A stretch of 64,000 nt of DNA from Balanoglossus misakiensis (lineage: Eukaryota; Animalia; Hemichordata). This document shows, piece by piece, positions 26,601-41,600 of the stretch (the first letter of the stretch is position 1; the number at the start of each line of letters is the position of its first letter). The notes beneath the pieces were generated by a model that was not told the DNA's origin, searched no databases, and saw nothing but the letters and a program-made list of their open reading frames with translations. Location: positions 6,378,699-6,442,698 of the forward strand of contig CM082581.2 of the NCBI GenBank assembly GCA_040954595.2, written 5' to 3'. Position numbers and translations under genes: made by a program.

Positions 26601-29600
26601 AAGGGCGGTACCTGGAACAGGCACGAACATATGTCGCCTGCATCGCCAATAATCCCACTAATGGAGTTCACAAGGAGTTTTGTCCTGCAAGATGCACGGT
26701 GCCTAAATCCCAGATGGATCTAGTCTGTTCTTATACACTACAATATCCTCTATTCCAGCTATTCAGGCGAACGACTTAGTTGTGTCATGTTCATTAAAAT
26801 CACAATTCTTTGTCCCTTCTGCTATGAAAAAGATACTTCTGCGTGAGGTAATTATAAACGACTTCATAATTGAAAGACTGTCAAGTGCCCCCATCGTAAC
26901 CTCAATCACTCAATACAAATTCCAGCGTAGATAATGGTGACTGCTTGTCTAAGGAACCTGAATAGAGGCGCATGCGCGAATGTCCGAAGATACCGTAAAA
27001 CGCCAGCCATCAAAGTATTTTATGTCAGCTGATGACATGTGGCCGGATAATTTGTCATTAAATTTCAGCTAAGATGACACAATGATTTTATATAGTTTCC
27101 ACTGTTGATCAGCTACATTCTTTTCTCTCTTGAAAATTGTAGATTTCGACATTTCTGTTTGCCAGGGGCACAAACACCTCGTCGGAACACATGGAATCAT
27201 ATTATCCTCAAGGCAAAGTTACGAAAATAATGCGATTTGCTCCTGGTTAATTACCGTTCGACAGGGATACAGAATTCGGTGAGTATGCAATCGATTTTCC
27301 AGCAGAATTTTCCGGAAAAAAAATTATTTTAAGCGTCTTGACTCCACACGTTTGTTTTCAGCATCTTGATATTGAGCCTCAATCTGCGGACGTCACCGAT
27401 ATTCGAGTGTCTGGACAGCCTTCAAATCTACGACGGCAACGCGACCGACGCACCCCTTTACGGCACCTCCTGTGGGAGAGTCGACCGTGGGGACCTGTCC
27501 ATGACGTCATCGACCAGTCAATTTTATCTCGTGTTGGATACAGGGGATCTCGATGTGAATTATTTCCGCCACCATGACTACGGTTTCCAGGCCCTCTACT
27601 TTGAGACAGGTATCAATTAAGCTGTGTTGAGATAACATCAGGTTTTCTTCGGTCGGTGTGCAGTGAGTGCAGGATTGCTGAAACACATTGGAGACTCTTG
27701 CTCTGTCGACACTTGTTAATATCTACACTATGTTGTCCACAGCGGCGTTTGCTTAATGGCTGTTTTCCGTATTTGTGATTTAAAGCATGAAACTGTTTAT
27801 ATACATGTACATGTATTTGGATATTATCTTCATTTACGCTACCTCATGATGATATCATTCCATTTAACAGCTGCATCATAAGCAATTTATGCCAAGTTAT
27901 ATAGCAAACTCGATTTGCAAGAACATCATGAGTTCCCTGTAATAATTAAAACTGACATTTTATTTTAAATTACCTAGTTAATACTCAACTTTATTTAATT
28001 TACCATGTTTGGTTTCGGATCACAACACGTCCTTCATGCATGAGCCCTACTTTCATTCCCGTCGTATTCTTTGGTATGTGTAAACCTTTATGTCTCAAAA
28101 TTACTATTTCTATACATCTTACTAAGATGACGTCACGACTGAAGCAGGAAATTGCCATGGACCGGCGCTCCTCACGTCAAAGCAGGGAACGATTTTCAGC
28201 GGCAATTACCAGGCCTACAGCCGGTGTACCTGGACGATCATCACCGAGACAAACAGATACATCCAGCTGGAATTCCTCGACATGAACTTGCCAGAACCCC
28301 GGCAAGATGGCCGCTGTATTGATGACGTAACTGTGTACGAGGGCACGATATTGGAAAAGTACAACAAAATTGACACGTACTGCACAGATCAAGCTCCCAT
28401 CATCGTGACGTCATCGAGCAGTGTGTTAATTGTTCTCTCCTCTGCGTCCCTACCGACATCGATGGAAGACAACAGGTTTAATTTCACTCTAGGATATGAA
28501 ACAGTAGGTATGGAAAGTACTAGTATCTTTGGAAAGTAAACGTCGGATTTTAATATTCACATGAACGTTAACACTGTTCTATTTACCGCTTTTGTAACAG
28601 CGTGCTTTACAAATTTCAACACGCACGCAAGTGTTAAATAACTTAATCTCTATCTTCCTGGCTGAGTCGATAGATATGAGACTAACGATGACCTATGCCC
28701 CTGTCACGTGAAACGAATTGAATCGAAGTGAGTAGCGAGACTTGAAAATAGTCAATAGTTCTGTCTCTTTGAGCTTTTGCACTCAGACTGGCACATTGGA
28801 TGATTTGATTTACCTGACCTGCAATAAAAAAAAAGTGTGAAGTAATATTAAAGGTGATGCTAAGGTTACTTACAGGATTACATAAGTTTACAGTTCAGTG
28901 GCGGTGTGGTGATATTTTTTCCACAATTGTTCACCTACCACGCACAGCTGTCGAATTGTGAATACCGTGCATGAATCTGGACTGATGTGTTTACCACTGG
29001 TACGGTATATACTAGTATGTCCGCTCTGTAGTGCAAACGTTTTGAGAAGTTTCACTTTTGTTTGCTTTGTGGCTACGGTGCTGTATGGAAAAATAAATTT
29101 TACAGCGTGAGGTAGAATGTACAGGTATAGCGACACCTGGAAATAATTTGGTACGATTTTTTTGCTCATATGTCTAGATTGTCCTGGGTGCTACGTCGGC
29201 AAAACCAGCAGGGCGGCAAATGTACTTTGTCCGCCGTCCCCTGTTTGCGGGGTGATCGCATCTCCCAATTATCCTCACACGTATCCGTCACACACTCGCT
29301 GGACGTGGCAGCTCGAGGGGCCGACGGCAACCTATGTGTCAGTGACCCTGTCGACCAATCTCGTGACGCCATCGACAGGACACTGTGAGGACTTCGTAGA
29401 GTTCTATGACGGTCTCACCGAAGAGTCTCCCCGGCTTGCGAAGTTCAACTCGGCCTACAATGCCACGGACGTCAAATCGTCGCTGAATCGCATGCTGTTG
29501 AAGTTCTCATCCTGCGCGGGAGAACAGGGCGTGGTCAGAGATGTCGACGCCGTTCGTCGTTTCTTTGGATTTCGTTTGACCTACGAATATAGAACATTCT

Positions 29601-32600
29601 CCTCGAGCGTGGCTTTGGACTTCTCGACAAACAACGGTAATGACAATTCCCACAAGTAATATGTAAACTTTGTCACAACTTTCTCAAAATATTGGCGCAT
29701 CCATGTATTTGTATTTGTCAATGCTGTATTTTTTCAAACACACAGTGGACAGGTGCGATGGATGGACTCTCTTCAACGATCACTGTTACCAGTTTTTCGC
29801 CTACACCGTTCCCCTGACGTGGACTGAGGCCGAAGAGAAATGTAACGAGGCGACCATTGGGGGCCACCTTGTCAGTATTAAGAACTATCTGGAGATGAAC
29901 TTCGTGCATCTCATGATGACGTCACTGTGGTACACCAATGAAAAGGACACGTATATAGGTATGTTTCATCTGTTTTCATCTCACTGGCTGTCTAATTTAT
30001 CTATTTTTGTTTGTTTGTTTGTTTGTTTGTCTGTCTGTCTGTCTGTCTGTTGAGTTTTATTACATTTATCAATAAATCATCCATTCAAATCTGCTATCTG
30101 CTTTCTCCAATCCGTCAATATCAGCGACAATGTGCCCTCGGACCTCTACCTGGTAATCTCTACACTGATTTCTATTATTGCTTTCCAAAAGGTCTTCGTG
30201 ACCGACAGGGTGGCACCTTCAGCTGGACTGACGGCAGTCCCATGAGCTATGCCGATTGGTAAGCATAGATTTCCTCTCAAGTGGCCGTCTGACGGAGTGA
30301 TGTGTGTCTTGAGAGACACACAGACATACATGTCTCGTCAAATGGTTGAACAGCCATCGGCAATTCTCTCAATCAGTTATTCACCCATCCATCGATCCAT
30401 TCATTTCCTTTCCGTGTAACCGCATCGCTCAGTTTCCCGGATGAATGGCTCGGACAATCATATGGAAAGAAATTAACATCTTACAAGGGTCTGTAATTGA
30501 TCGTTTCATATCAGACAATTACACTCAACTGTGGTACATGTAGTTACCCGAGATTTCAATTCAAAAATGCAGTAAATGTCATTCTCAAGGGGCAAAAAAA
30601 AATTTCAAATTGCATTGTGTGTGTCAATCGCCATTGCCATAAATATACAATGCAACCAACAATATGCAGTTACTCTCAGTGAACTAAAGTTGCGTACCTT
30701 GGATTTTCCTGAGGCATTTATACTTCCATGCTTCGCCCAATTTGAGTGATAGCGTGAGGCAAGATCAAAACAAGTGGTTAGTCCCTGCAGGCCACTTCGC
30801 CATTCAGAAATGATGACATCGAGCTTAAGTCGACTCTGATCTCTTAATTAGTCACAATGCCGTCACATGTACGTACTGTCTATTAATTGGTTTAATCGAT
30901 CTGGGGGACGTTGGCCGTCTGAATCGACGAGATTAATGACGAGACCGGAGGCAAGCACTTAATTCCAATTCACTCAAAGTGAATGAACGCAGCAAAAACG
31001 GACAACCGTCATTCGCTTTGAGGGTTTGTTCTCTCTGCAGGCACGGGTTTTTGACACGAAAACTGTAAAAAGTGACACGACCACATAGTCAACAGATGTG
31101 TAGACATACGTATTTTGTCGGAAGAAAAAAAGTGTTAAGGACAATTAAGTAATGTTTCACCAACGTAGTTCCGCGCAGTTGATTAATTTCTGGCCGTGTT
31201 GGTATGCACAGCCCAGTACCTGTTCTTGGGATTACTTCCCGCTTATCAAGACAACTTGCCGGCATTTGTAGCGCGACTGAATTCAGAGAATTCTCTCACG
31301 TAGCAAACCATGCAAAGCGGCATAGTTGACAAGAATAGGAATGAGTTGTAATTTGGTTTCGTTAGCTTTCAGCTTCATGGCTGATAATATCAAAGCTCAC
31401 TGTCTCGAGGAAATGTGACGTCCCCTTGTATATTTTCAGGAAAACCACGTCAAGCGGTGGGCACTTCGTCAGGCAGCCCTCCGGAGGTGTTTACGAGTCG
31501 TGCACCATAATCAGACTGGACACGATCCATTCCACCGACAACTGGTACGACGTGGCCTGTGGAACTGACCAAGTGAAACAGTACATATGCAAATCCGCTG
31601 CAAGTGGTAAGGCGGTGACTTATGTGATTTTTGTCAACATATAGCAATGCGGTTCTACGTGTTATTTGGACACGTGTGTATAGAATGTGGCGGTTAGATT
31701 AAACACTATAGTAAACTTATAGTAAAATGATAAAAATTCGACTTGATTTCTAACATATATTCGCCCAAACCAAAGAGAATACTGATTCAGTTTCTTTGCA
31801 CTAGTATGATTCGAATCATTACTGAACATCTTACATGATCTCTTCTGCTCCCTTACGTACAAAGTTATTGACAGCACGGTGCATACTTGAAACAGTGATG
31901 TTTCCTTTCCAGGAAATCATTCCGAAAATACAGAGGATGACGTCATCGGTGGATTTCTGCGAGAAGGTAAATTCAATGTTTCGAATACTGACTGTATGGG
32001 ACACACAGGACAGGTTTTAAAGTTCAGTATTTAGAACTTTAAAACCCCAAGGTTTGTTTCACCATCTTCCTGCCTCAGATTGTTACATAATTTAAGGCAA
32101 AATTTAACGACGCATACATTCAGTCTCGTTTTACTACATGACGTATTCAGACATTATGTGGTTTATTACTTTATTCGCATTAAAATTTATTGGTGATTTC
32201 AGAATTTATTGTATCGGAAGATTTGATTTTCATAGCTCTACTCTTGCTTTGCTCTAGGCAATTTTGCAATTTCTTGGCAATTAATGCCAAAGTACCGACA
32301 AAAAACGAAACTGAAAGTCAACTCTGTATATACCCGAAAGGAAAATTATGGCAATTAACGCAGTTTCCCAGGTAACACGACTGAGAGAAAAATGCACGTT
32401 TTCCTTTTGGCTTCTCCTATAATTTACTTTTATTCGTATACCAAACAAAATTATCCTTCGTGATTTACAATGTAGAAGAATTTACGCATTCGCTAACCTT
32501 CAGTTCTCTGGTCTTGTGTGGTTTCAATTTACGGGGGAAAAGGTAAATAAGATATCCTTACATCACATCATGAGTTTTTTTTGTTTTCGTTTCTTTATTT

Positions 32601-35600
32601 CTAAGACGTTTCGAGGGGGTGTTCCGAAGACTGCTTCCAATGCAGTGTGACTGCTGAATGTATATTGAGAGACTTCGTCTGCGACGGTATTGTAGATTGT
32701 CTGGACAAGTCAGACGAAGAGGATTGTGGTAATCGCAAAACTTTATTTGAATTTTCAAAAATCACCCCTTTCTCTCTTTGATGTTGAAACTTTTCTGTAC
32801 AATGTACATCTGCATTAAGACGTTTGATAATGGAAGTCAATACAATCGCTATATAACCCTCCGTTGTCAAGATGAATTACTGGAACCTTGCGTACGTGTC
32901 TACAACCCCAAGCCTTTCATTCGATTGACTAAAACAGGACAATCGTCATAGCAGTTAACACCTGTAACAGGACGTTGCTATTCTTTCAGAATCCCAATGT
33001 CAGAGGTCACAGTTCAAATGCCACAACGGCAGGTGCATATCATTATCTTTCTATTGTGATTTCGAAGACCAATGTGGAGATGGCTCAGATGAATTTAACT
33101 GTAGTAAGTGGTGATCTCATCCAAATGTTTTAATATTCAGAAATAGCTTCCATTCAACATTTTCAGCAAGTATAACTTTATATCGAGTTTTCACTTTTAT
33201 TTGCTGTCTTTCTTGCTTATCACTAGCATGTATGTGTTCGGAAACTTCGTAGATATTTTTATGACTCACAAATAATAAAGCCAATGTGTATTATATACAT
33301 GTACACATCAAATGTATACAGTTGAAGTTATGAAAAAGTCTTGTCCACATGCCAGCGCCTCAAAGCAACACTCTAGAAAAACCAAAATGTGTCTAGGCTT
33401 TTTGAGATGTCCAGTTGCGAAGAAAAATGAGTATGACCCTCACCTCCTATAACTAATTTCATCTCTTTGCTTCTGTAGACCGTTTCATTTCATCAGATAT
33501 TTTCTATTTGCCTTGACATATATCATTGTCATTGCAGTGTATCCAGAGTGTACAAATAGTCACTTTCAGTGTTCCAACGGGCAGTGCATTAACCGTGAGC
33601 TGCGATGTAATCAACGGCAAGACTGTATCGACGGCTCCGATGAAGACTCCAGTCTCTGCGCAAACGGTGAGACTGTTGCCAATTGATCTTCTTTTTGCCG
33701 CCACAAACAATTTTTAAAAAAAATGCCACCAATAATACACTTTCTGTTCCGAACAAGGGCGAATTATAGAGTCTCCGTAAATTTCTTTCAGATTGCCAAG
33801 GTTTCCGTTGCTATGACAACCGATGTTTGCCAAGCTCGGCGGAATGTGATGGAATGATCGACTGCCAGGGTGCCAATCATGAGGACGAGCATTCGCGATG
33901 CTGTAAGCAGAATGATGAACGTTTTCCAGATTAACCGTTCATTTTATGTAACACGCATTATAGGGAAAGGAAAGATTTTAAGCTGGGCGAAGTGAACCAG
34001 AATAGAATATTTGATTTCTCCATCCGTAACACTGTCTGTTTTGGTAAAGCTCACATGCCTACGTGTATAATTTTAATGATTTTCCAGCATATAATGACGT
34101 AACAGAATGTCCAGCCGACCAACTTCGCTGTAACAATGGGGCATGCGCAGAAACAGCACACCTTTGTATCTACGACTACATAACCATAAAAGACAGAAAC
34201 TACCACAAAGGCTGCCGTGACGTCACCCACCTTAGATTTTGTGGTAAGCATTTCACCTTACTTTCTAGGGTTAGTGTATTTTACGTTTATAGATTTCCGC
34301 TTCTTTAAAAACATTGTTGTTTTACAGGTTTATAGAGCTGTACCCTACTAAACACAACTAAATGAAAACATCGCACCGAAAAGGGATGATTTAAACATAT
34401 CTGAGTTTGCCTTTGGCTGTCAATTACCCTAATCTTCATCTGCGTTAGAAAGTATTCGTTCATTTTCAGAATTGTTTTCCTGTCCGGTATACACATTCAA
34501 GTGTCCAAATGGATACTGCATACAACTGCGTCTGCGCTGTGACGGTGTGAGGGACTGCCCCAACGGCGAAGACGAGGTGGCGTGCGGTGAGCTGTTATTC
34601 ACATCGTCATTCCCTCACAAAGAAATGTCCCTCAGTGTTGGGTCTTTCATCTCCTGTGGGGATGGTTGTGATGTGGGTGGGGAGGACGCGGGTTGAGAAA
34701 AAAGGAGGGTGATGTTTGAGGAAACCCGGCGAAACATGGAGGAGTATTGAAATCAGTCCCTGAGTGCATGCGACACATATACCATCATAGTTCTGGGATT
34801 TACATACCGTAAACAGTAGTTATGATTGCATAGTTCATTTCCCAAATATTTACCTATGTGTTTATTAGTGGAGTACATGTACTTTCAAATGTAAAGGCCC
34901 AATTCAAGACAAAACACACATATAGCGAAACATATACGTGACTTTTCCATTATTGGTCTTACAATTCATTATCTCAGACTCATACGAGTGTCCGGAAGCG
35001 TATCGTTGCCATGGTGATATGCGATGCATCCGCTTATCTCAGCGTTGTGATGGGATCAAACACTGTCCACAAGGCGACGATGAAATTCTCTGCGGTAAGT
35101 CACATGATGTACGGCTTATACATGTACATCATAATCCCAATTTATCTACGAGAATGACTGAAAATAAATTTGTCATTTCAAGAAATGACATTTAGCTTTT
35201 CCCCCGCCGAATTACAATAGATACTTCTTGCCCGGAGGATTGTTCGTGTAGCGGCTACGTCATCGACTGTTCCGGAAGAACGTGGACTTCCCTTCCAAGT
35301 GATATAGCGTATACTACGAGGAATATGTGAGTACCTTGGTTGAAGAGGAATATTTTCTATAAAATTATTATCTATATTGAAACGTCGCTTTAAGTTAAAG
35401 TTTAAAGCAGTATCGATATCTTGCACATGGTTTCCCTTAACATTCGATTGATGTCCCAACTTATATATCTTCCTTGAAGATCAGTCATTATTCTTCACCT
35501 CATTCGTCCGTCCTCACCGAAATACAGAAATACCTTCTATTCGTCGTCTGCTCACACAGTCGTGCAGTTGTTTCTTTGGAAGTTGGAAGACTACTTTAGA

Positions 35601-38600
35601 TATACAAAATGTACTTCCGGGCGATGGTGATTTCTCGTTCATAGCTCAGAGAAATTCTAAAAGCGGAAGTCAATGACTGGGTGGCCGACAGCAGGTCTAT
35701 GGAAGAGTGGCCAGAGGTCGTCGTAACGATCCCTGGGAATAGTCGTGCGCACACAAGGGAATGTGGAACTATCATAAGGGAGTTCAGAAATTAATTTGAT
35801 ACACGCGTGCCCCTCGGGAGACCTGACAGCGAAGTGACCCTTGACGATCGGTTACATCAGCACACAACTCACCGAGCCTGACATGTTTTCTCTCGCTCGT
35901 TCTGTTCTTCACTGTCAAGGAAATTGTGCAATTATGTTCCGTTGGTAAGCTTATACATCGTACATGTTTCCAATTATGTTGTTGCCAGAGATCTCACAGG
36001 AAGGAGATTTCGAGACGATAATGACCAAAATGGAGACACTGTGACGACACTGAATCTGTTCGAAAACAGCTTCGACAAGCTTGTCCTCCTTGTGCGTCTG
36101 TGAGTATGAGTATTAATTAATTGTCATATTACCGTCCATGATTCACTACAACGTACAGGTAGGTGATCTTCGGCCCATTGCAAGATCTCGCGAGACTTGG
36201 TGAAATACCGTAGCAACGGTTGCTAGACAAGTAATACATGTCAAACATTGCATGGAACTAGATTGCAGAGTTGAACAAAAATTGTAACTTTTGTGCCGTT
36301 AAACATGATGGGCCATGCATGTGTTGTTAGAGGCCCAAGCGCCCTCGCCGCTACGGTGTAAATAAAAATTTGCACCGCTGCGGTGCAAATAAGATCATGG
36401 TTGTTATGCTGCAATATATTGCGGTAATTTTCCGACTTTTTCGAGTACACATCGTGATGGCGAAGGGTTCAGGAAGGCTTGGCTTTTACCTGAAGGTATC
36501 AACTGATGTTTGTTCGAGACCACTTTTTTTTCTATTTCTTTTTTTTTTGAGAACTTTTAACGACATTATCATTGTAATTTTTATCATTTTCATAAATCCA
36601 ATTCATTTCAATATCTACGCTGCGTTTTTTATCTGTCGGGTTTAAGAAACATGCAGGGAAACTTGGTCATTTTTTTGTCGCGGTTCACTTGGGCAAGTCT
36701 GAATACGGAGTACTCAGCAGAGAGAAAGATAAACTCGCTAAAACAGTGTCTTTCCGTCCACATGACCAACAAAGGAGCGAAAAAGTCGTAATTTAGGCCG
36801 TAATAAAACGTTTTTATGGTCGAGGAGTGAATAAAGAACGGTCAGATCGTTGCAGGGGAAGGAACTCTTATTCGCACCGCACCGGGGCAGGGAACCCTTA
36901 TTTGCACCGCTGCGGTGCAAATAAGATCATGGTAGTTATGCTGCAAGTGCGGTAAATTTCCGACTGTTTCGAGTACACATCGTGATGGCGAAGGGTTCAG
37001 GAAGGATTGTCTTTTACCTGAAGGTGTCAACTGATGTTGGTTCGAGACCACTTTTTTCTATTTTTTTTTTTTTTTGAGAACTTTTAACGACATTATCATT
37101 GTAATTTTTATCATTTTCATAAATCCAATTCATTACAATATCTACGCTGCGTTTTTTATCTGTTGGGTTTAAGAAACATGCAGGGAAACTTGGTCATTTT
37201 TTTGTCGCGGTTCACTTGGACAAGTCTGAATACGGAGTGCTCAGCAGAGAGAAAGATAAACTCGCTAAAACCGTGTCTTTCTGTCCGCATGACCAACCAA
37301 GGAGCGAAAAAATCGTAATTTAGGCCGTAATAAAGCGTTTTTGTCGTCGAGGAGTGAATAAAGAACGGTCAGATCGTTGCGGTGCAGGGAACTCTTATTT
37401 GCACCGCTGCGGTGCAAATAAGAATTTGCACCGCTGCGGTGCAAAAAAGATCGTGGTAGTTATGCTGCAAGTGCGGTAAATTTCCGACTGTTTCGAGTAC
37501 ACATCGTGATGGCGAAGGGTTCAGGAAGGATTGTCTTTTACCTGAAGGTGTCAACTGATGTTGGTTCGAGACCACTTTTTTCTATTTTTTTTTTTTTTTT
37601 GAGAACTTTTAACGACATTATCATTGTAATTTTTATCATTTTCATAAATCCAATTCATTACAATATCTACGCTGCGTTTTTTATCTGTTGGGTTTAAGAA
37701 ACATGCAGGGAAACTTGGTCATTTTTTGTCGCGGTTCACTTGGACAAGTCTGAATACGGAGTGCTCAGCAGAGAGAAAGATAAACTCGCTAAAACCGTGT
37801 CTTTCTGTCCGCATGACCAACCAAGGAGCGAAAAAATCGTAATTTAGGCCGTAATAAAGCGTTTTTGTCGTCGAGGAGTGAATAAAGAACGGTCAGGTCG
37901 TTGCGGTGCAGGGAACCCTTATTTGCACCGCTGCGGTGCAAATAAGAATTTGCACCGCTGCGGTGCAAATAAGATCATGGTAGTTATACTGCAAGTGCGG
38001 TAAATTTCCGACTGTTTCGAGTACATGTACACATCGTGATGGCGAAGGGTTCAGGAAGGCTAGACTTTTACCTGAATGTGTCAACTGATGTTGGTTCGAG
38101 ACCACTTTTTTTCTATTTCTTTTTTTTAGAACTTTTAACGACATTATCATTGTAATTTTTATCAATTTCATAAATCCAATTCATAACAATATCTACGCTG
38201 CGTTTTTTATCTGTCGGGTTTAAGAAACATGCAGGGAAACTTGGTCATTTTTTTGTCGCGGTTCACTTGGACAAGTCTGAATACGGAGTGCTCAGCAGAG
38301 AGAAAGATAAACTGGCTAAAACCGTGTCTTTCTGTCCGCATGACCAACCAAGGAGCGAAAAAATCGTAATTTAGGCCGTAATAAAGCGTTTTTGTCGTCG
38401 AGGAGTGAATAAAGAACGGTCAGGTCGTTGCGGTGCAGGGAACCCTTATTTGCACCGCTGCGGTGCAAATAAGAATTTGCACCGCTGCGGTGCAAATAAG
38501 ATCATGGTAGTTATACTGCAAGTGCGGTAAATTTCCGACTGTTTCGAGTACACATCGTGATGGCGAAGGGTTCAGGAAGGATTGTCTTTTACCTGAAGGT

Positions 38601-41600
38601 GTCAACTGATGTTGGTTCGAGACCACTTTTTTCTATTTTTTTTTTTTTTTTTGAGAACTTTTAACGACATTATCATTGTAATTTTTATCATTTTCATAAA
38701 TCCAATTCATTACAATATCTACGCTGCGTTTTTTATCTGTTGGGTTTAAGAAACATGCAGGGAAACTTGGTCATTTTTTTGTCGCGGTTCACTTGGACAA
38801 GTCTGAATACGGAGTGCTCAGCAGAGAGAAAGGTAAACTCGCTAAAACCGTGTCTTTCCGTCCGCATGACCAACCAAGGAGCGAAAAAGTCGTTATTTGG
38901 GCCGTAATAAAACGTTTTTGTCGTCGAGGAGTGAATAAAGAACGGTCAGATCGTTGCGGTGCAGGGAACTCTTATTTGCACCGCTGCGGTGCAAAAAAGA
39001 ATTTGCACCGCTGCGGTGCAAATAAGATCATGGTAGTTATACTGCAAGTGCGGTAAATTTCCGACTGTTTCGAGTACACATCGTGATGGCGAAGGGTTCA
39101 GGAAGGCTAGACTTTTACCTGAATGTGTCAACTGATGTTGGTTCGAGACCACTTTTTTTCTATTTCTTTTTTTTAGAACTTTTAACGACATTATCATTGT
39201 AATTTTTATCAATTTCATAAATCCAATTCATAACAATATCTACGCTGCGTTTTTTATCTGTTGGGTTTAAGAAACATGCAGGGAAACTTGGTCATTTTTT
39301 TGTCGCGGTTCACTTGGACAAGTCTGAATACGGAGTGCTCAGCAGAGAGAAAGGTAAACTCGCTAAAACCGTGTCTTTCCGTCCGCATGACCAACCAAGG
39401 AGCGAAAAAGTCGTTATTTGGGCCGTAATAAAACGTTTTTGTCGTCGAGGAGTGAATAAAGAACGGTCAGATCGTTGCGGTGCAGGGAACTCTTATTTGC
39501 ACCGCTGCGGTGCAAAAAAGAATTTGCACCGCTGCGGTGCAAATAAGATCATGGTAGTTATACTGCAAGTGCGGTAAATTTCCGACTGTTTCGAGTACAC
39601 ATCGTGATGGCGAAGGGTTCAGGAAGGCTAGACTTTTACCTGAATGTGTCAACTGATGTTGGTTCGAGACCACTTTTTTTCTATTTCTTTTTTTTAGAAC
39701 TTTTAACGACATTATCATTGTAATTTTTATCAATTTCATAAATCCAATTCATAACAATATCTACGCTGCGTTTTTTATCTGTCGGGTTTAAGAAACATGC
39801 AGGGAAACTTGGTCATTTTTTTGTCGCGGTTCACTTGGACAAGTCTGAATACGGAGTGCTCAGCAGAGAGAAAGATAAACTCGCTAAAACCGTGTCTTTC
39901 TGTCCGCATGACCAACCAAGGAGCGAAAAAATCGTAATTTAGGCCGTAATAAAGCGTTTTTGTCGTCGAGGAGTGAATAAAGAACGGTCAGGTCGTTGCG
40001 GTGCAGGGAACCCTTATTTGCACCGCTGCGGTGCAAATAAGATCATGGTAGTTATACTGCAAGTGCGGTAAATTTCCGACTGTTTCGAGTACACATCGTG
40101 ATGGCGAAGGGTTCAGGAAGGCTAGACTTTTACCTGAAGGTGTCAACTGATGTTGGTTCGAGACCACTTTTTTCTAATTTTTGTTTTTGAGAACTTTTAA
40201 CGACATTATCATTGTAATTTTTATCATTTTCATAAATCCAATTCATTACAATATCTACGCTGCGTTTTTTATCTGTTGGGTTTAAGAAACATGCAGGGAA
40301 ACTTGGTCATTTTTTGTCGCGGTTCACTTGGACAAGTCTGAATACGGAGTGCTCAGCAGAGAGAAAGATAAACTCGCTAAAACCGTGTCTTTCCGTCCGC
40401 ATGACCAACCAAGGAGCGAAAAAGTCGTTATTTGGGCCGTAATAAAACGTTTTTGTCGTCGAGGAGTGAATAAAGAACGGTCAGATCGTTGCGGTGCAGG
40501 GAACTCTTATTTGCACCGCTGCGGTGCAAAAAAGAATTTGCACCGCTGCGGTGCAAATAAGATCGTGGTAGTTATGCTGCAAGTGCGGTAAATTTCCGAC
40601 TGTTTCGAATACACATCGTGATGGCGAAGGGGTCAGGAAGGATTGTCTTTTACCTGAAGGTGTCAACTGATGTTGGTTCGAGACCACTTTTTTCTATTTT
40701 TTTTTTGAGAACTTTTAACGACATTATCATTGTAATTTTTATCATTTTCATAAATCCAATTCATTACAATATCTACGTTGCGTTTTTTATCTGTTGGGTT
40801 TAAGAAACATGCAGGGAAACTTGGTCATTTTTTTGTCGCGGTTCACTTGGACAAGTCTGAATACGGAGTGCTCAGCAGAGAGAAAGATAAACTCGCTAAA
40901 ACAGTGTCTTTCCGTCCACATGACCAACCAAGGAGCGAAAAAGTCGTTATTTGGGCCGTAATAAAACGTTTTTGTCGTCGAGGAGTGAATAAAGAACGGT
41001 CAGATCGTTACGGTGCAGGGAACTCTTATTTGCACCGCTGCGGTGCAAATAAGAATTTGCACCGCTGCGGTGCAAATAAGATCGTGGTAGTTATGCTGCA
41101 AGTGCGGTAAATTTCCGACTGTTTCGAGTACACATCGTGATGGCGAAGGGGTCAGGAAGGATTGTCTTTTACCTGAAGGTGTCAACTGATGTTGGTTCGA
41201 GACCACTTTATTCTATTTTTTTTTTTTTTTTGAGAACTTTTAACGACATTATCATTGTAATTTTTATCATTTTCATAAATCCAATTCATTACAATATCTA
41301 CGCTGCGTTTTTTATCTGTTGGGTTTAAGAAACATGCAGGGAAACTTGGTCATTTTTTTGTCGCGGTTCACTTGGACAAGTCTGAATACGGAGTGCTCAG
41401 CAGAGAGAAAGATAAACTGGCTAAAACCGTGTCTTTCTGTCCGCATGACCAACCAAGGAGCGAAAAAATCGTAATTTAGGCCGTAATAAAGCGTTTTTGT
41501 CGTCGAGGAGTGAATAAAGAACGGTCAGGTCGTTGCGGTGCAGGGAACCCTTATTTGCACCGCTGCGGTGCAAATAAGAATTTGCACCGCTGCGGTGCAA

